From an uncultured Piscirickettsiaceae bacterium (GTDB lineage Bacteria; Pseudomonadota; Gammaproteobacteria; PS1; Pseudothioglobaceae): a stretch of 64,000 nt of DNA. Both the position numbers and the translations under genes were made by a program. This document shows positions 41,762-52,021 of this stretch, piece after piece; position 1 is the stretch's first letter, and every line of letters begins with the position of its first letter. The notes beneath the pieces were generated by a model that searched no databases, was not told where the DNA came from, and saw only the letters and a list, made by a program, of their open reading frames with translations. The stretch is taken from the NCBI GenBank assembly GCA_964515065.1, contig CAZESR010000002.1, forward strand, positions 3,419 through 67,418, read 5' to 3'.

Positions 41762-42823
41762 TTAATACTTATAGCCTGCCTCAAAGAGAGTCTCTTGGGA
41801 GGAGGGCTGAGAGCCTGCAACATAGTCTCCAGTAGAGGCTTCTGAATTAGCTTGACATCTTGCTAATAAAGCTTGTTGACCAGCTGTTGTATCTTCGCCT
41901 TTCCAGGCTTGCAAGCATGATTGTTGAAGAGCTCTTCCATAAGAGAATGTTAAACTAGTAGCACTCTTGTGCTCTATGCTATTCATCGTATTTAAATAAA
42001 CAGACGCATCTTCCTCAGTTAAACCTCCTGATAGGAACATGATTCCAGGAACCGCTGCTGGGACACATCGATTCATTGTCCTTACAGTCATCTTGGCAAC
42101 TTCTTCAGATCCAGCTTTATTTTTGTTGTCTGCACCTGAAACGGTCATAGAGGGTTTTAATAATGTTCCTTCTAAAAATACGTTGTTTTCAGAGCATGCC
42201 TTATAAACCTCGACAAGGACTTTTTCTTGTACTTCTGCCGTTTTTTCAATAGTATGATCTCCATCCATTAGAATTTCAGGCTCAATGATTGGAACAAGTC
42301 CAGATTCTTGACAAATCTTAGCGTATCTTGCAAGACCCCATGCATTCTCTCTAATAGCGAGGTCGGTAGGACAGCCATCAGCAGTAATTTGTAAAACAGC
42401 ACGCCATTTAGCAAATCTAGCTCCTTGTTTATAATACTCCGCAGTTCTCTCAGCAAGCCCTTCTAAACCTTTACACCAAGTTTCAACCTCGTGGCCTCCA
42501 GCCAATGGACTGAGCCCCTTGTCAACCTTTATTCCAGGAATAATGCCCAACTTATTTATTTTTGAGACCATTGCTTCTCCATCAGGATGGTTTTGATAAA
42601 GCGTCTCCTCAAAAAGAATTGCACCACTAATGAATTTCCCAAGGCCTTCTGCTGTAAAAAGCATACCTCGGTAAGCCTGACGATTCTCTTCAGTGTTTTC
42701 AACATTAATTCCTGCAAGTCGCTTTCCAATAGTTGGAGTAGATTCATCCACCGCAAGCAATCCTTTGCCTGTCGCAGCAAGTTGATTTGCTGTTTGCCTT
42801 AACTCTTCTTGATTATTTACCAT
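41762..42823 (-). CDS. fba: Class I (Schiff-base) fructose-bisphosphate aldolase
   Basis: GLLAVDES, GIKVDKG, FAKWR, IIEPE, LLKPSM, FLSGG, FSYGRALQ, terminal Tyr. ATG at 42823 with AAGGTG SD. Confidence 0.95.
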   Translation of the reverse strand: MVNNQEELRQTANQLAATGKGLLAVDESTPTIGKRLAGINVENTEENRQAYRGMLFTAEGLGKFISGAILFEETLYQNHPDGEAMVSKINKLGIIPGIKVDKGLSPLAGGHEVETWCKGLEGLAERTAEYYKQGARFAKWRAVLQITADGCPTDLAIRENAWGLARYAKICQESGLVPIIEPEILMDGDHTIEKTAEVQEKVLVEVYKACSENNVFLEGTLLKPSMTVSGADNKNKAGSEEVAKMTVRTMNRCVPAAVPGIMFLSGGLTEEDASVYLNTMNSIEHKSATSLTFSYGRALQQSCLQAWKGEDTTAGQQALLARCQANSEASTGDYVAGSQPSSQETLFEAGYKY

Positions 42824-42846
42824 ATTATTCACCTTTTTATTTTCTA

Positions 42847-44295
42847 TTAATAATTTCCATCACCAACACGCAAAATTTTCATCAGGTTTGTGCCTCCTGA
42901 TTTATCTTTATGCATCCCCTTTGTAACTATAACAATGTCTTTATCAACAACAACAGACTTATTATGAAGATTTTCTATAACACTGTTATTAACGTCATTC
43001 CAGTCATCAGCACTGTTTTTTTCGATATAACAAGGATATACTCCTCTATAAATAGTTACTTTTTTTAATGTTTTGTAATTGTCAGACATCGCAAAAATTG
43101 AAATATTTGAACTAATTCTTGACATCCAAAGTGCTGTTTTTCCAGTTTGAGTGAGAGTTGCAACAACTTTTGCTCCAAGATGATTAGCTGCATACATCGA
43201 ACTCATTGCAATGGTTTCATCAATGCCTTCAAAATTTTCATGAAGTCTATGATGTGAGACTTTTGCTGTTGGACTTTTCTCAGCCTCAATGCATACATCG
43301 CTCATTGTCTTAACTGCCTTCACGGGATTAGAACCCACCGCAGTCTCTGCAGAGAGCATTACTGCATCTGTCCCATCAAGGACAGCGTTTGCAACATCAA
43401 AAACCTCGGCTCTAGTTGGAATAGGACTAACAATCATTGATTCAAGCATTTGTGTAGCAGTAATAACGAATCTATCATTAGCTCTTGCTAACAAAATTAA
43501 ACGTTTTTGTTGAGCCGGCAATTGTGGATCTCCAATTTCAACACCTAGGTCACCACGTGCCACCATGATTCCAGCAGATTCTTGAATGATTTCAGTAATT
43601 ACTTCATCCTGCAACGATTCAGCTCTTTCAATTTTTGCAATAACACTTGCATTAGAGCCTGCTTTTGCCAAAAGTCTTTTAGTTTCTCTAACGTCATCTG
43701 CATTCACTGGAAAAGAAATTGCCACATAATCTGCGTCTGCTTTAGCAGCTGTAACAATATCTTGTTTATCTTTTTCGGTTAAAGCACTAGCACTCAAACC
43801 GCCGCCAAGTAAATTAATTCCTTTATTATTTGAGAGAGTCCCTCCCTGAGTAACCTGGGTTTTGATTTTTTTTCCAGATATTTGTTCAACCTGAAGAATT
43901 ATCTTTCCATCGTCGAGTAAAAGTGTATTTCCAATATTCAAATCATTTGGAAGTTGTTTATAAGCAAGGCCAACTGAATCCTGATCACCATCATCCTCAG
44001 AAAGTCCAGCGTCAAGAGTAAAGTGATCCCCTTTTTTGAGCTCAATCTTTTCTGATTTAAATGATGATATTCTAATCTTTGGACCTTGCAAGTCCATCAT
44101 TACTCCAATAAAAACATCGTTCTCTTTTTCGTATTGTCTTACCTGAGCAATACGCGCAAGGTGCTCCTTTTCATTGTTATGTGAGAAATTAATACGCACA
44201 ACATTAACTCCTGCATCCAATATGCCTTTTAAAGCATCTGGTTTGTCGGTTGAAGGGCCAAGAGTGGCTAGAATTTTAGTTCTTCTTTTGATCAT
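42847..44295 (-). CDS. pyk: Pyruvate kinase
   Basis: TKILATLGP, DLQGPKIR, AKIE, MVARGDLGVE, ATQMLESM. Confidence 0.97.
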   Translation of the reverse strand: MIKRRTKILATLGPSTDKPDALKGILDAGVNVVRINFSHNNEKEHLARIAQVRQYEKENDVFIGVMMDLQGPKIRISSFKSEKIELKKGDHFTLDAGLSEDDGDQDSVGLAYKQLPNDLNIGNTLLLDDGKIILQVEQISGKKIKTQVTQGGTLSNNKGINLLGGGLSASALTEKDKQDIVTAAKADADYVAISFPVNADDVRETKRLLAKAGSNASVIAKIERAESLQDEVITEIIQESAGIMVARGDLGVEIGDPQLPAQQKRLILLARANDRFVITATQMLESMIVSPIPTRAEVFDVANAVLDGTDAVMLSAETAVGSNPVKAVKTMSDVCIEAEKSPTAKVSHHRLHENFEGIDETIAMSSMYAANHLGAKVVATLTQTGKTALWMSRISSNISIFAMSDNYKTLKKVTIYRGVYPCYIEKNSADDWNDVNNSVIENLHNKSVVVDKDIVIVTKGMHKDKSGGTNLMKILRVGDGNY

Positions 44296-45461
44296 CAGAT
44301 TGGTTGCATTCTTTTCTCTAACACCTCAACAACTGGAAGTTTTTTTCCTTCAAGAAACTCTAAGAATGCCCCTCCTCCAGTAGAAATGTAGGAGATTTTA
44401 TCTTCAATTTTAAATTTATCTACTGCAGCCAAGGTGTCACCTCCTCCTGCAATTGAAAAGGCATCGGACTCGGCTATTGCTCGTGCTAACTCCTCGGTTC
44501 CTTTAGCAAACTGATCAAATTCAAACACTCCAACAGGGCCATTCCAAACTATTGTTCCTGCATTACGCATAATCTCACAAAGCTCAGAAGTTGAGTTTGG
44601 ACCGATATCAAAAATCATATCATCTGGAGCAACGGCACTCGCATTTTTGCTTTCAGCAGTTGCAAATTCTGAAAACTCTTTTCCGCATATCACATCACCA
44701 GGAACAGGTATTTGGCAATGCTCCATTAATGACTGGGCTGTTGGAATAAGATCATGCTCACATAGTGATTGGCCAACACTATTTCCTTGTGCAGCAATAA
44801 ATGTATTTGCAATACCTCCGCCCACTACGAGCTGATCAACAACCTTTGAAAGTGCATCCAATACAGTTAATTTTGTCGAGACTTTTGAACCTCCAACTAT
44901 TGCCACCATTGGTCTCTTAGGGCTATCAAGCGCCTTACCAAGTGCCTCTAATTCTCCAACTAAAAGTGGTCCAGCGCATGATACAGGTGCAAATTCAGTT
45001 ACACCGTAGGTTGAAGCGTGGGCTCTATGCGCGGTTCCAAAAGCATCTTGCACACAGATATCACACAATGAGGCCATTTTTTTTGACAAAGCTTCATCGT
45101 TTTCTTTTTCACCCTTATTAAACCTAACATTTTCACAAAGAACTACCTCTCCACTCTCCATCTCTATACCATCAAGCCAATTCGATACAAGCCTTACCTT
45201 TTGTCCCAACAATTTTGAAAGATGATCTGCAACAGGCTGAAGTGAGAATTTTTCTTCAAACTCTCCTGCGTTTGGCCTGCCAAGATGTGATGTAATCATA
45301 ACTTTGGCTCCAGCTTTTGACGCATTGAGTATCGTTGGCAATGAGGCGACAATCCTTTTATCGCTTGTTACTTCACCATTTTTTATTGGAACATTTAAAT
45401 CTTGCCTAATTAAGACTCTCTTTCCACTTAAATCTAAATCGGTCATCTTAAGTAAATTCAT
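44295..45461 (-). CDS. pgk: Phosphoglycerate kinase
   Basis: [36 protein letters not shown] at 45461 with GGAG SD. Confidence 0.97.
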   Translation of the reverse strand: MNLLKMTDLDLSGKRVLIRQDLNVPIKNGEVTSDKRIVASLPTILNASKAGAKVMITSHLGRPNAGEFEEKFSLQPVADHLSKLLGQKVRLVSNWLDGIEMESGEVVLCENVRFNKGEKENDEALSKKMASLCDICVQDAFGTAHRAHASTYGVTEFAPVSCAGPLLVGELEALGKALDSPKRPMVAIVGGSKVSTKLTVLDALSKVVDQLVVGGGIANTFIAAQGNSVGQSLCEHDLIPTAQSLMEHCQIPVPGDVICGKEFSEFATAESKNASAVAPDDMIFDIGPNSTSELCEIMRNAGTIVWNGPVGVFEFDQFAKGTEELARAIAESDAFSIAGGGDTLAAVDKFKIEDKISYISTGGGAFLEFLEGKKLPVVEVLEKRMQPI

Positions 45462-45489
45462 CAAATGCTCCAACTAATTAGAAACAATA

Positions 45490-46488
45490 CTATTGTGAAA
45501 TATGTCCAGCTAAACGGAGTAGATTACATGTATAACTGTACTCATTATCGTACCATGAAACCATTTTAACAAAAGTATCATCCATCGACATTCCTGCCTC
45601 TGCATCAAAAGTAGAAGCGCAAGTACTACCAACAAAATCTGTTGATACTACCTTCTCATCTGTATAACCTAAAACGCCCTTCATTGAGCCTTCAGAGGCT
45701 GACTTCATGGCTTCACAAATTGCATCATAGTCAGATGCAGTATTTAGCTCCACTGTTAAATCAACCACAGACACATCTGAAGTCGGAATTCTAAAGGCCA
45801 TTCCCGTCAATTTTCCATTTAACTCGGGCAATACTTTACCAACAGCTTTAGCTGCTCCAGTAGAAGAAGGAATGATATTTTCCAAAATACCTCGTCCACC
45901 ACGCCAATCTTTCATGGAAGGTCCATCTACAGTTTTTTGGGTTGCTGTTGCAGCATGAACTGTTGTCATTAATCCTCGTTTAATGCCCCATTCATCATTA
46001 AGGACTTTTGCGATAGGAGCCAAACAGTTGGTTGTACATGAGGCAGCCGAGATTATTGACTGGCCATCATAAGCATCATGATTAACTCCGTAAACAAACA
46101 TTGGAGTACTATCTTTAGAAGGAGCTGACTGTATTACTTTTTTTGCTCCCGCATCAATATGCGCCTGACACCCTTCTTCTGTTAAGAAAAAACCAGTACA
46201 GTCAATAACGAGATCTGCTCCAATATCACCCCACTTAAGGTCTGCTGGATTTCGCTCAGCAGTTAGACGGATTTTTTTTCCATCTATGACAAAATTATTA
46301 CCTTCAACCACAACGTCTTTACCAAACCTTCCATGAACTGAATCATATCTAAGCATATAAGACAGGTAATCATTGTCTAGAAGGTCATTAACTCCAACCA
46401 CCTCTAGATTATCAAAATCCTTATCAATTGCGCGAAACACCATTCTTCCGATTCGACCAAACCCATTAATTCCAACTTTAATTGTCAT
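45490..46488 (-). CDS. gap: Glyceraldehyde-3-phosphate dehydrogenase, type I
   Basis: [31 protein letters not shown]. Confidence 0.98.
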   Translation of the reverse strand: MTIKVGINGFGRIGRMVFRAIDKDFDNLEVVGVNDLLDNDYLSYMLRYDSVHGRFGKDVVVEGNNFVIDGKKIRLTAERNPADLKWGDIGADLVIDCTGFFLTEEGCQAHIDAGAKKVIQSAPSKDSTPMFVYGVNHDAYDGQSIISAASCTTNCLAPIAKVLNDEWGIKRGLMTTVHAATATQKTVDGPSMKDWRGGRGILENIIPSSTGAAKAVGKVLPELNGKLTGMAFRIPTSDVSVVDLTVELNTASDYDAICEAMKSASEGSMKGVLGYTDEKVVSTDFVGSTCASTFDAEAGMSMDDTFVKMVSWYDNEYSYTCNLLRLAGHISQ

Positions 46489-46513
46489 CACAAACTCCTA
46501 AAAAAATATTTAA

Positions 46514-48502
46514 TTAACTTAAAACCCTATTAACTGTAGAAACAACATTTTCTACAGTGAAACCAAAATGTATAAATAACTCACCTGCTGGGGCCGACTC
46601 TCCATAAGAACTCATGGCGACAATGCCTCCATCTAGTCCCACGTATTTATACCAAGACTCAGCGACGCCAGCCTCAATAGCAACCCTCTTAACTCCTGGA
46701 GTCAATACTGAATCTATATAATCTTGATCCTGCTCATCAAACGCATTAGTTGATGGCATCGATACAACCCGAACCATCCTTCCATTCATGGCTTTCGCTG
46801 AATCCATTGCAAGTGAAACCTCTGAGCCAGAGGCAATGAGAATAACTTCAGGCTCACCGTTACAGTCTGAAAGAACATAGCCGCCTTTTTCAATGTCTTT
46901 CAACTGAGCATTGGTTCTTTCCATCGGTGTTAAATTCTGCCTAGAGAAAATAAGTGCTGTTGGTGCATCACCTCGAAGCATAGCTATTTTCCAGGATACT
47001 GCCGACTCTATTGCATCACATGCACGCCATGTTTGAAAATTTGGAATAACTCTCATCGTTGCAATCTGTTCAACTGCCTGGTGTGTTGGACCATCCTCTC
47101 CAAGACCTATCGAATCATGTGAATAAACAAAAATGGTTCCAATTTTCATCATCGCTGCCATACGCAGAGCGTTTCGCATATATTCCATAAACATCAGGAA
47201 AGTTGCTCCATAAACTTTGAGCCCTCCATGCAGAACCATACCGTTCATCATCGCTGCCATTCCAAACTCTCTAACACCCCAAGAAATATAGTTTCCATTA
47301 GCATTTTCAGAGTTAACAACAACGCTACCAGACCAATTAGTTAAGTTTGAACCGGTCAAGTCTGCTGAACCACCAAACAACTCAGGGACTATAGGACCCA
47401 TAGCTTCAATAGCATTTTGTGATGCTTTTCTTGAAGCTATATTTGGCATTTCCTTCTGAGTTTTGGCAATATATTCATCCATCTTTAGAGAAAAATTTTC
47501 AGGCAATTTTCCAGCCATTCGACGCTCAAATTCAGAGGCTTCTTGTGGATAAGAGGCACTGTAAGCCTTAAACCTTTCACTCCACTCTTCCTCGGCCTCT
47601 TCACCAACAGCCTTATGATTCCAGCCATCATAAATTTCTTGTGGAATTTCAAAAGGCTCGTAATTCCAGCCTATATTTTCCCTTGTTTTTGCTATTTCTT
47701 CATCACCCAAAGGTGCTCCATGACAATTGTGAGAGCCAGCTAAGTTTGGTGAGCCATAACCAATAACGGTTTTCGTACAAATTAACGTAGGCCTATCATT
47801 CATTGCTTTTGCCTCAATAATTGCCGCATTTATAGCTTCTGGGTCATGTCCATCCACGTCAGCTACAACATGCCAGTTATAGGATTTGAAGCGTCCTGGA
47901 ACTCCCTTTTCCATCCAGTCCCCAATATGGCCATCGATTGAAATATCATTGTCATCCCAAAATGCGATTAATTTTCCTAGCCCTAAAGTTCCAGCTAGAG
48001 CACAAGATTCATGAGACAAGCCCTCCATCAGACATCCGTCCCCCATAAAAACATAGGTATTATGGTCCACAATAGAATGACCTGGCTTATTAAATTGCGC
48101 GGCTAATGTTCTCTCAGCTATAGCCATACCAACAGCATTTGTGATGCCTTGACCCAAGGGTCCAGTTGTTGTTTCAACTCCGTCAGCATATCCATACTCA
48201 GGATGACCCGGTGTTTTTGAATGTAGTTGACGAAAGTTTTTAAGTTCTTCAATACTCAAGTCATAGCCTGTCAAATGCAATAATGAATAGATAAGCATAG
48301 AGCCATGGCCGTTCGACAATACAAAACGATCACGATCTGCCCAATTTGAATTCGAGGGATTAAACTTTAAATGCTTATTCCAAAGCACTTCAGCTATGTC
48401 CGCCATTCCCATGGGCGCACCTGGATGACCAGACTTTGCTTTTTGAACGGCATCCATGCTCAAAGCACGGATCGCATTTGCTAATTCGAGTTGTGTAGCC
48501 AT
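46514..48502 (-). CDS. tkt: Transketolase
   Basis: [38 protein letters not shown]. Confidence 0.98.
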   Translation of the reverse strand: MATQLELANAIRALSMDAVQKAKSGHPGAPMGMADIAEVLWNKHLKFNPSNSNWADRDRFVLSNGHGSMLIYSLLHLTGYDLSIEELKNFRQLHSKTPGHPEYGYADGVETTTGPLGQGITNAVGMAIAERTLAAQFNKPGHSIVDHNTYVFMGDGCLMEGLSHESCALAGTLGLGKLIAFWDDNDISIDGHIGDWMEKGVPGRFKSYNWHVVADVDGHDPEAINAAIIEAKAMNDRPTLICTKTVIGYGSPNLAGSHNCHGAPLGDEEIAKTRENIGWNYEPFEIPQEIYDGWNHKAVGEEAEEEWSERFKAYSASYPQEASEFERRMAGKLPENFSLKMDEYIAKTQKEMPNIASRKASQNAIEAMGPIVPELFGGSADLTGSNLTNWSGSVVVNSENANGNYISWGVREFGMAAMMNGMVLHGGLKVYGATFLMFMEYMRNALRMAAMMKIGTIFVYSHDSIGLGEDGPTHQAVEQIATMRVIPNFQTWRACDAIESAVSWKIAMLRGDAPTALIFSRQNLTPMERTNAQLKDIEKGGYVLSDCNGEPEVILIASGSEVSLAMDSAKAMNGRMVRVVSMPSTNAFDEQDQDYIDSVLTPGVKRVAIEAGVAESWYKYVGLDGGIVAMSSYGESAPAGELFIHFGFTVENVVSTVNRVLS

Positions 48503-48791
48503 TATTAAAAACCTATGAAAATTGTGAACCCTAAATTATACATTTTTTTTTCTATCATCCCGCTTTGAAAAGCCTATATAAAGGCAAATATGAGGAAAAA
48601 TATTCAATTGCAATATAGTATCATTGTCATATTGTGATTAAAAGCGGACTATCGATGTGAATGTCTAATTCATCTGGTTTTTTATGTATTAAAATTATAC
48701 TTTTGGTGAAAAACTCTATTATTACATTTTGTGTCAAAAATAGCTGTCATCATATCGTATACCTATATTAACAATTCAAAAAAGGGGTCTC

Positions 48792-51155
48792 ATGATTGAG
48801 AATGTAGTCTGGCTAAAAGATGTCGGCATGTCTGACGTAGAAAAAGTTGGTGGAAAGAATGCATCACTGGGTGAAATGATAAGTGGTCTCAATTCTCAAG
48901 GTGTCAGGGTGCCAGGGGGATTTGCCACAACAGCTGAGGCATTTGAATCCTTTTTAGAACACTCAGATCTCAAAAATAAAATTAATAAGCTTCTATCCAG
49001 TCTAGATATCACTAATATTCAAGAGCTTACAAAAACTGGTTTATTAATCAGGCAATGGGTCGAAGAGGCGCCTTTCCCTGATGAACTCCAAAAATCAATT
49101 GTTGAAAGCTATGAAAAGCTTAGCAATCAGTTTGGCTCTGACGTTACCTTTGCTGTGCGCTCCTCAGCTACTGCTGAGGATTTACCTGAAGCATCTTTTG
49201 CTGGTCAACAAGAAACGTATTTAAATGTAAGTGGAATAGACGATATTTTAACTGCGGTTCGTAAAGTCTACGCTTCTCTTTATAACGATCGTGCTATTTC
49301 CTATAGAGTTCACCAAGGATTTGAACATGAGATGGTTTCACTATCGGCTGGAATTCAACAAATGGTTCGAAGCGATATTGGCTCTAGTGGAGTCATGTTT
49401 ACTCTTGATACTGAATCTGGATTTGATGATGTTGTTTTTATAACATCTGCTTATGGACTCGGAGAAACCGTTGTTCAAGGGTCAGTTAATCCTGATGAGT
49501 TTTATGTACATAAGCCTACCTTAAAGTCTGGAAGGCCAGCAATCTTATCTAGGAGTCTTGGATCAAAATCGATAAAGATGATTTATGCTGAAGATAATGC
49601 CAGATCACCTGTTGCAACAACAGAGGTTGATTACAAAGATCGATTGAAATTCAGCTTGAGTGACTCCCAAATTGAAGAACTTGCGCAGTATGCTATGAAA
49701 ATTGAATCTCATTATGGCAGAGCGATGGATATTGAATGGGCTCTTGATGGTGTGGATGGAAAAATCTATATTGTTCAGGCAAGACCTGAAACAGTTAAGA
49801 GTAGACAAAACACACAAAATATTGAACGTTATCAACTCCTTGAAACCTCCAACATTCTTGTTGAAGGGAGGGCCATTGGTCAAAAAATTGGAACAGGAAA
49901 AACAAAAATTATTAATGATTTATCAGAAATGGACTCTGTCAACAAAGGTGATATTCTCGTTACTGATATGACAGACCCAGACTGGGAGCCTGTAATGAAA
50001 CTAGCTTCTGCAATTATAACAAATAGGGGTGGTAGAACCTGTCACGCAGCAATAATAGCCCGAGAACTAGGGGTCCCTGCGATAGTTGGCACGGGGAATG
50101 CGACTGAATTACTACAAAATGATTATGAAGTCACTGCATCTTGCGCAGAGGGTGATACTGGAAAAGTTTATCAAGGCAAATTGGATTTCGAACATACATT
50201 TTCAGAGGTGGGCGATCTACCTAAGATCCCTGTAAAGATTATGATGAATGTTGGAAACCCTTCCCGTGCTTTTGATTTTGCAAGTATCCCCAATACAGGG
50301 GTTGGACTTGCTCGGTTAGAGTTTATCATTAATAACACTATCGGCATTCATCCTAAAGCCCTGCTCCAGTTTGAGAGCATTCCTAGTGAACTTAAAGATG
50401 AAATTAAAAAAAGAACATCTTGCTACAAATCACCAGTCGACTTTTATGTTCAAAAACTAACTGAAGGTATATCTACCATTGCAGCAAGTTTTTCTGATTC
50501 ACCTGTAATTATTCGTATGTCAGACTTTAAATCTAACGAATACTCTAACTTGTTTGCCGGTGAACTTTATGAACCCAAAGAAGAAAACCCTATGATTGGA
50601 TTTAGAGGTGCATCCCGCTACATATCGTCAGACTTTAGAGAGTGCTTTGAGCTTGAATGTCAGGCAATAAAAAATGTTAGGAACGAGATGGGCCTTAAGA
50701 ATGTCGAAATCATGATCCCATTTGTAAGAACTACAACTGAAGCTTCCAGAGTTATTAAACTTTTAAAAGAGAATGGACTAGAGCGCGGCAAAGATGGCTT
50801 GAGAATAATAATGATGTGTGAACTCCCTTCAAATGCTGTTATTGCTGAAGAATTTTTAGAGTACTTCGATGGATTTTCAATTGGTTCTAATGATTTAACA
50901 CAACTTACACTTGGCATGGATAGAGACTCAGGTCTAATTGCTGATGGTTTTGATGAAAGAAATACTGCAGTTAAAAGTATGATTACAATGGCAATAGATG
51001 CCTGTCATCGTCAAGGAAAATATATTGGTATTTGTGGTCAAGGGCCATCAGACCATATGGATTTTGCTCAGTGGCTTTTGGAAAAAGAAATTACAAGCAT
51101 TTCACTTAATCCAGATACTGTGGTTGAAACTTGGAACAAGCTTGGCCAGCTTTAA
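48792..51155 (+). CDS. ppsA: Phosphoenolpyruvate synthase
   Basis: VGGKNASLGE, RSSATAED, GGRTCHAAI, SIGSNDL, GICGQ. Confidence 0.97.
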   Translation: MIENVVWLKDVGMSDVEKVGGKNASLGEMISGLNSQGVRVPGGFATTAEAFESFLEHSDLKNKINKLLSSLDITNIQELTKTGLLIRQWVEEAPFPDELQKSIVESYEKLSNQFGSDVTFAVRSSATAEDLPEASFAGQQETYLNVSGIDDILTAVRKVYASLYNDRAISYRVHQGFEHEMVSLSAGIQQMVRSDIGSSGVMFTLDTESGFDDVVFITSAYGLGETVVQGSVNPDEFYVHKPTLKSGRPAILSRSLGSKSIKMIYAEDNARSPVATTEVDYKDRLKFSLSDSQIEELAQYAMKIESHYGRAMDIEWALDGVDGKIYIVQARPETVKSRQNTQNIERYQLLETSNILVEGRAIGQKIGTGKTKIINDLSEMDSVNKGDILVTDMTDPDWEPVMKLASAIITNRGGRTCHAAIIARELGVPAIVGTGNATELLQNDYEVTASCAEGDTGKVYQGKLDFEHTFSEVGDLPKIPVKIMMNVGNPSRAFDFASIPNTGVGLARLEFIINNTIGIHPKALLQFESIPSELKDEIKKRTSCYKSPVDFYVQKLTEGISTIAASFSDSPVIIRMSDFKSNEYSNLFAGELYEPKEENPMIGFRGASRYISSDFRECFELECQAIKNVRNEMGLKNVEIMIPFVRTTTEASRVIKLLKENGLERGKDGLRIIMMCELPSNAVIAEEFLEYFDGFSIGSNDLTQLTLGMDRDSGLIADGFDERNTAVKSMITMAIDACHRQGKYIGICGQGPSDHMDFAQWLLEKEITSISLNPDTVVETWNKLGQL

Positions 51156-51172
51156 ACTTTTAAGCAACTAAT

Positions 51173-51985
51173 ATGAGAACTGTTTTTTTTATTTCTGATA
51201 GAACTGGTATTACTGCTGAAGCACTTGGAAATAGTCTTCTGACACAGTTCCCTGAAATAGAATTTAAACGTGTAAATTTAGCGTTTATAGATACGCAGGA
51301 AAAAGCTCAATCTGCAGTATCACTAATTAATGAAGCCTCAGAAAATGATGGACAGCCCGCACTCATTTTTAGTACTCAAGTTTCTAGCGAATATCGTCAT
51401 CTCCTTGAAGATAGTAGTGGAATTATGTTTGATTTTTTTGATACTTTCATTTCACAACTTGAGAATACACTTGAAACTAAATCATCTCACGAAATGGGAC
51501 TGTCTCATGGAGTGGGTAATAAGAACACTTACTCGGGTAGAATTGATAGTATCAATTTTGCATTAAATAATGATGATGGGCTTTCGACAAAACATTACGA
51601 TAGTGCGGATATTATTCTAACAGGCGTCTCAAGGTCCGGGAAAACTCCTACATGCCTTTTTTTAGCACTTCAATATGGGATTTATGCTGCAAACTATCCA
51701 CTCATTGATGAAGACCTAAATTCTGTTGCAATTCCAAGCGCATTAAAGCCATTCAAAGATAAGCTCTATGGTTTGACTATCAATCCGGTTAGACTTCAAA
51801 ATATTAGAGACGTTAGAAGATCAAATAGCGGCTACGCGTCTATCGAGCAATGCAGGAAAGAAGTTCGAAGAGCAGAAGATATGTTTGTTCAAAATGACAT
51901 ATCATTTATTGACACAAGTCATATATCTATTGAAGAAATTGCAGGTCGCATTCTTCAAAAAAGCAAACTAGAAAGGCGCTACTAA
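51173..51985 (+). CDS. ppsR: PEP synthase regulatory kinase/pyrophosphorylase
   Basis: SDRTGITAE, DDG, GVSRSGKTP, SIEEIA; adjacent to ppsA. Confidence 0.93.
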   Translation: MRTVFFISDRTGITAEALGNSLLTQFPEIEFKRVNLAFIDTQEKAQSAVSLINEASENDGQPALIFSTQVSSEYRHLLEDSSGIMFDFFDTFISQLENTLETKSSHEMGLSHGVGNKNTYSGRIDSINFALNNDDGLSTKHYDSADIILTGVSRSGKTPTCLFLALQYGIYAANYPLIDEDLNSVAIPSALKPFKDKLYGLTINPVRLQNIRDVRRSNSGYASIEQCRKEVRRAEDMFVQNDISFIDTSHISIEEIAGRILQKSKLERRY

Positions 51986-52021
51986 TAAAAGAGTTGGCAA
52001 AAAGACTCAACTATTAAATCA

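Noticed and set aside
48503-48791. CbbR/HexR/Cra operator in the divergent tkt-ppsA spacer
   Set aside because: Only short AT-rich dyads (e.g. ATATT-N7-AATAT, TGAAT-N5-ATTCA); none matches a consensus convincingly.
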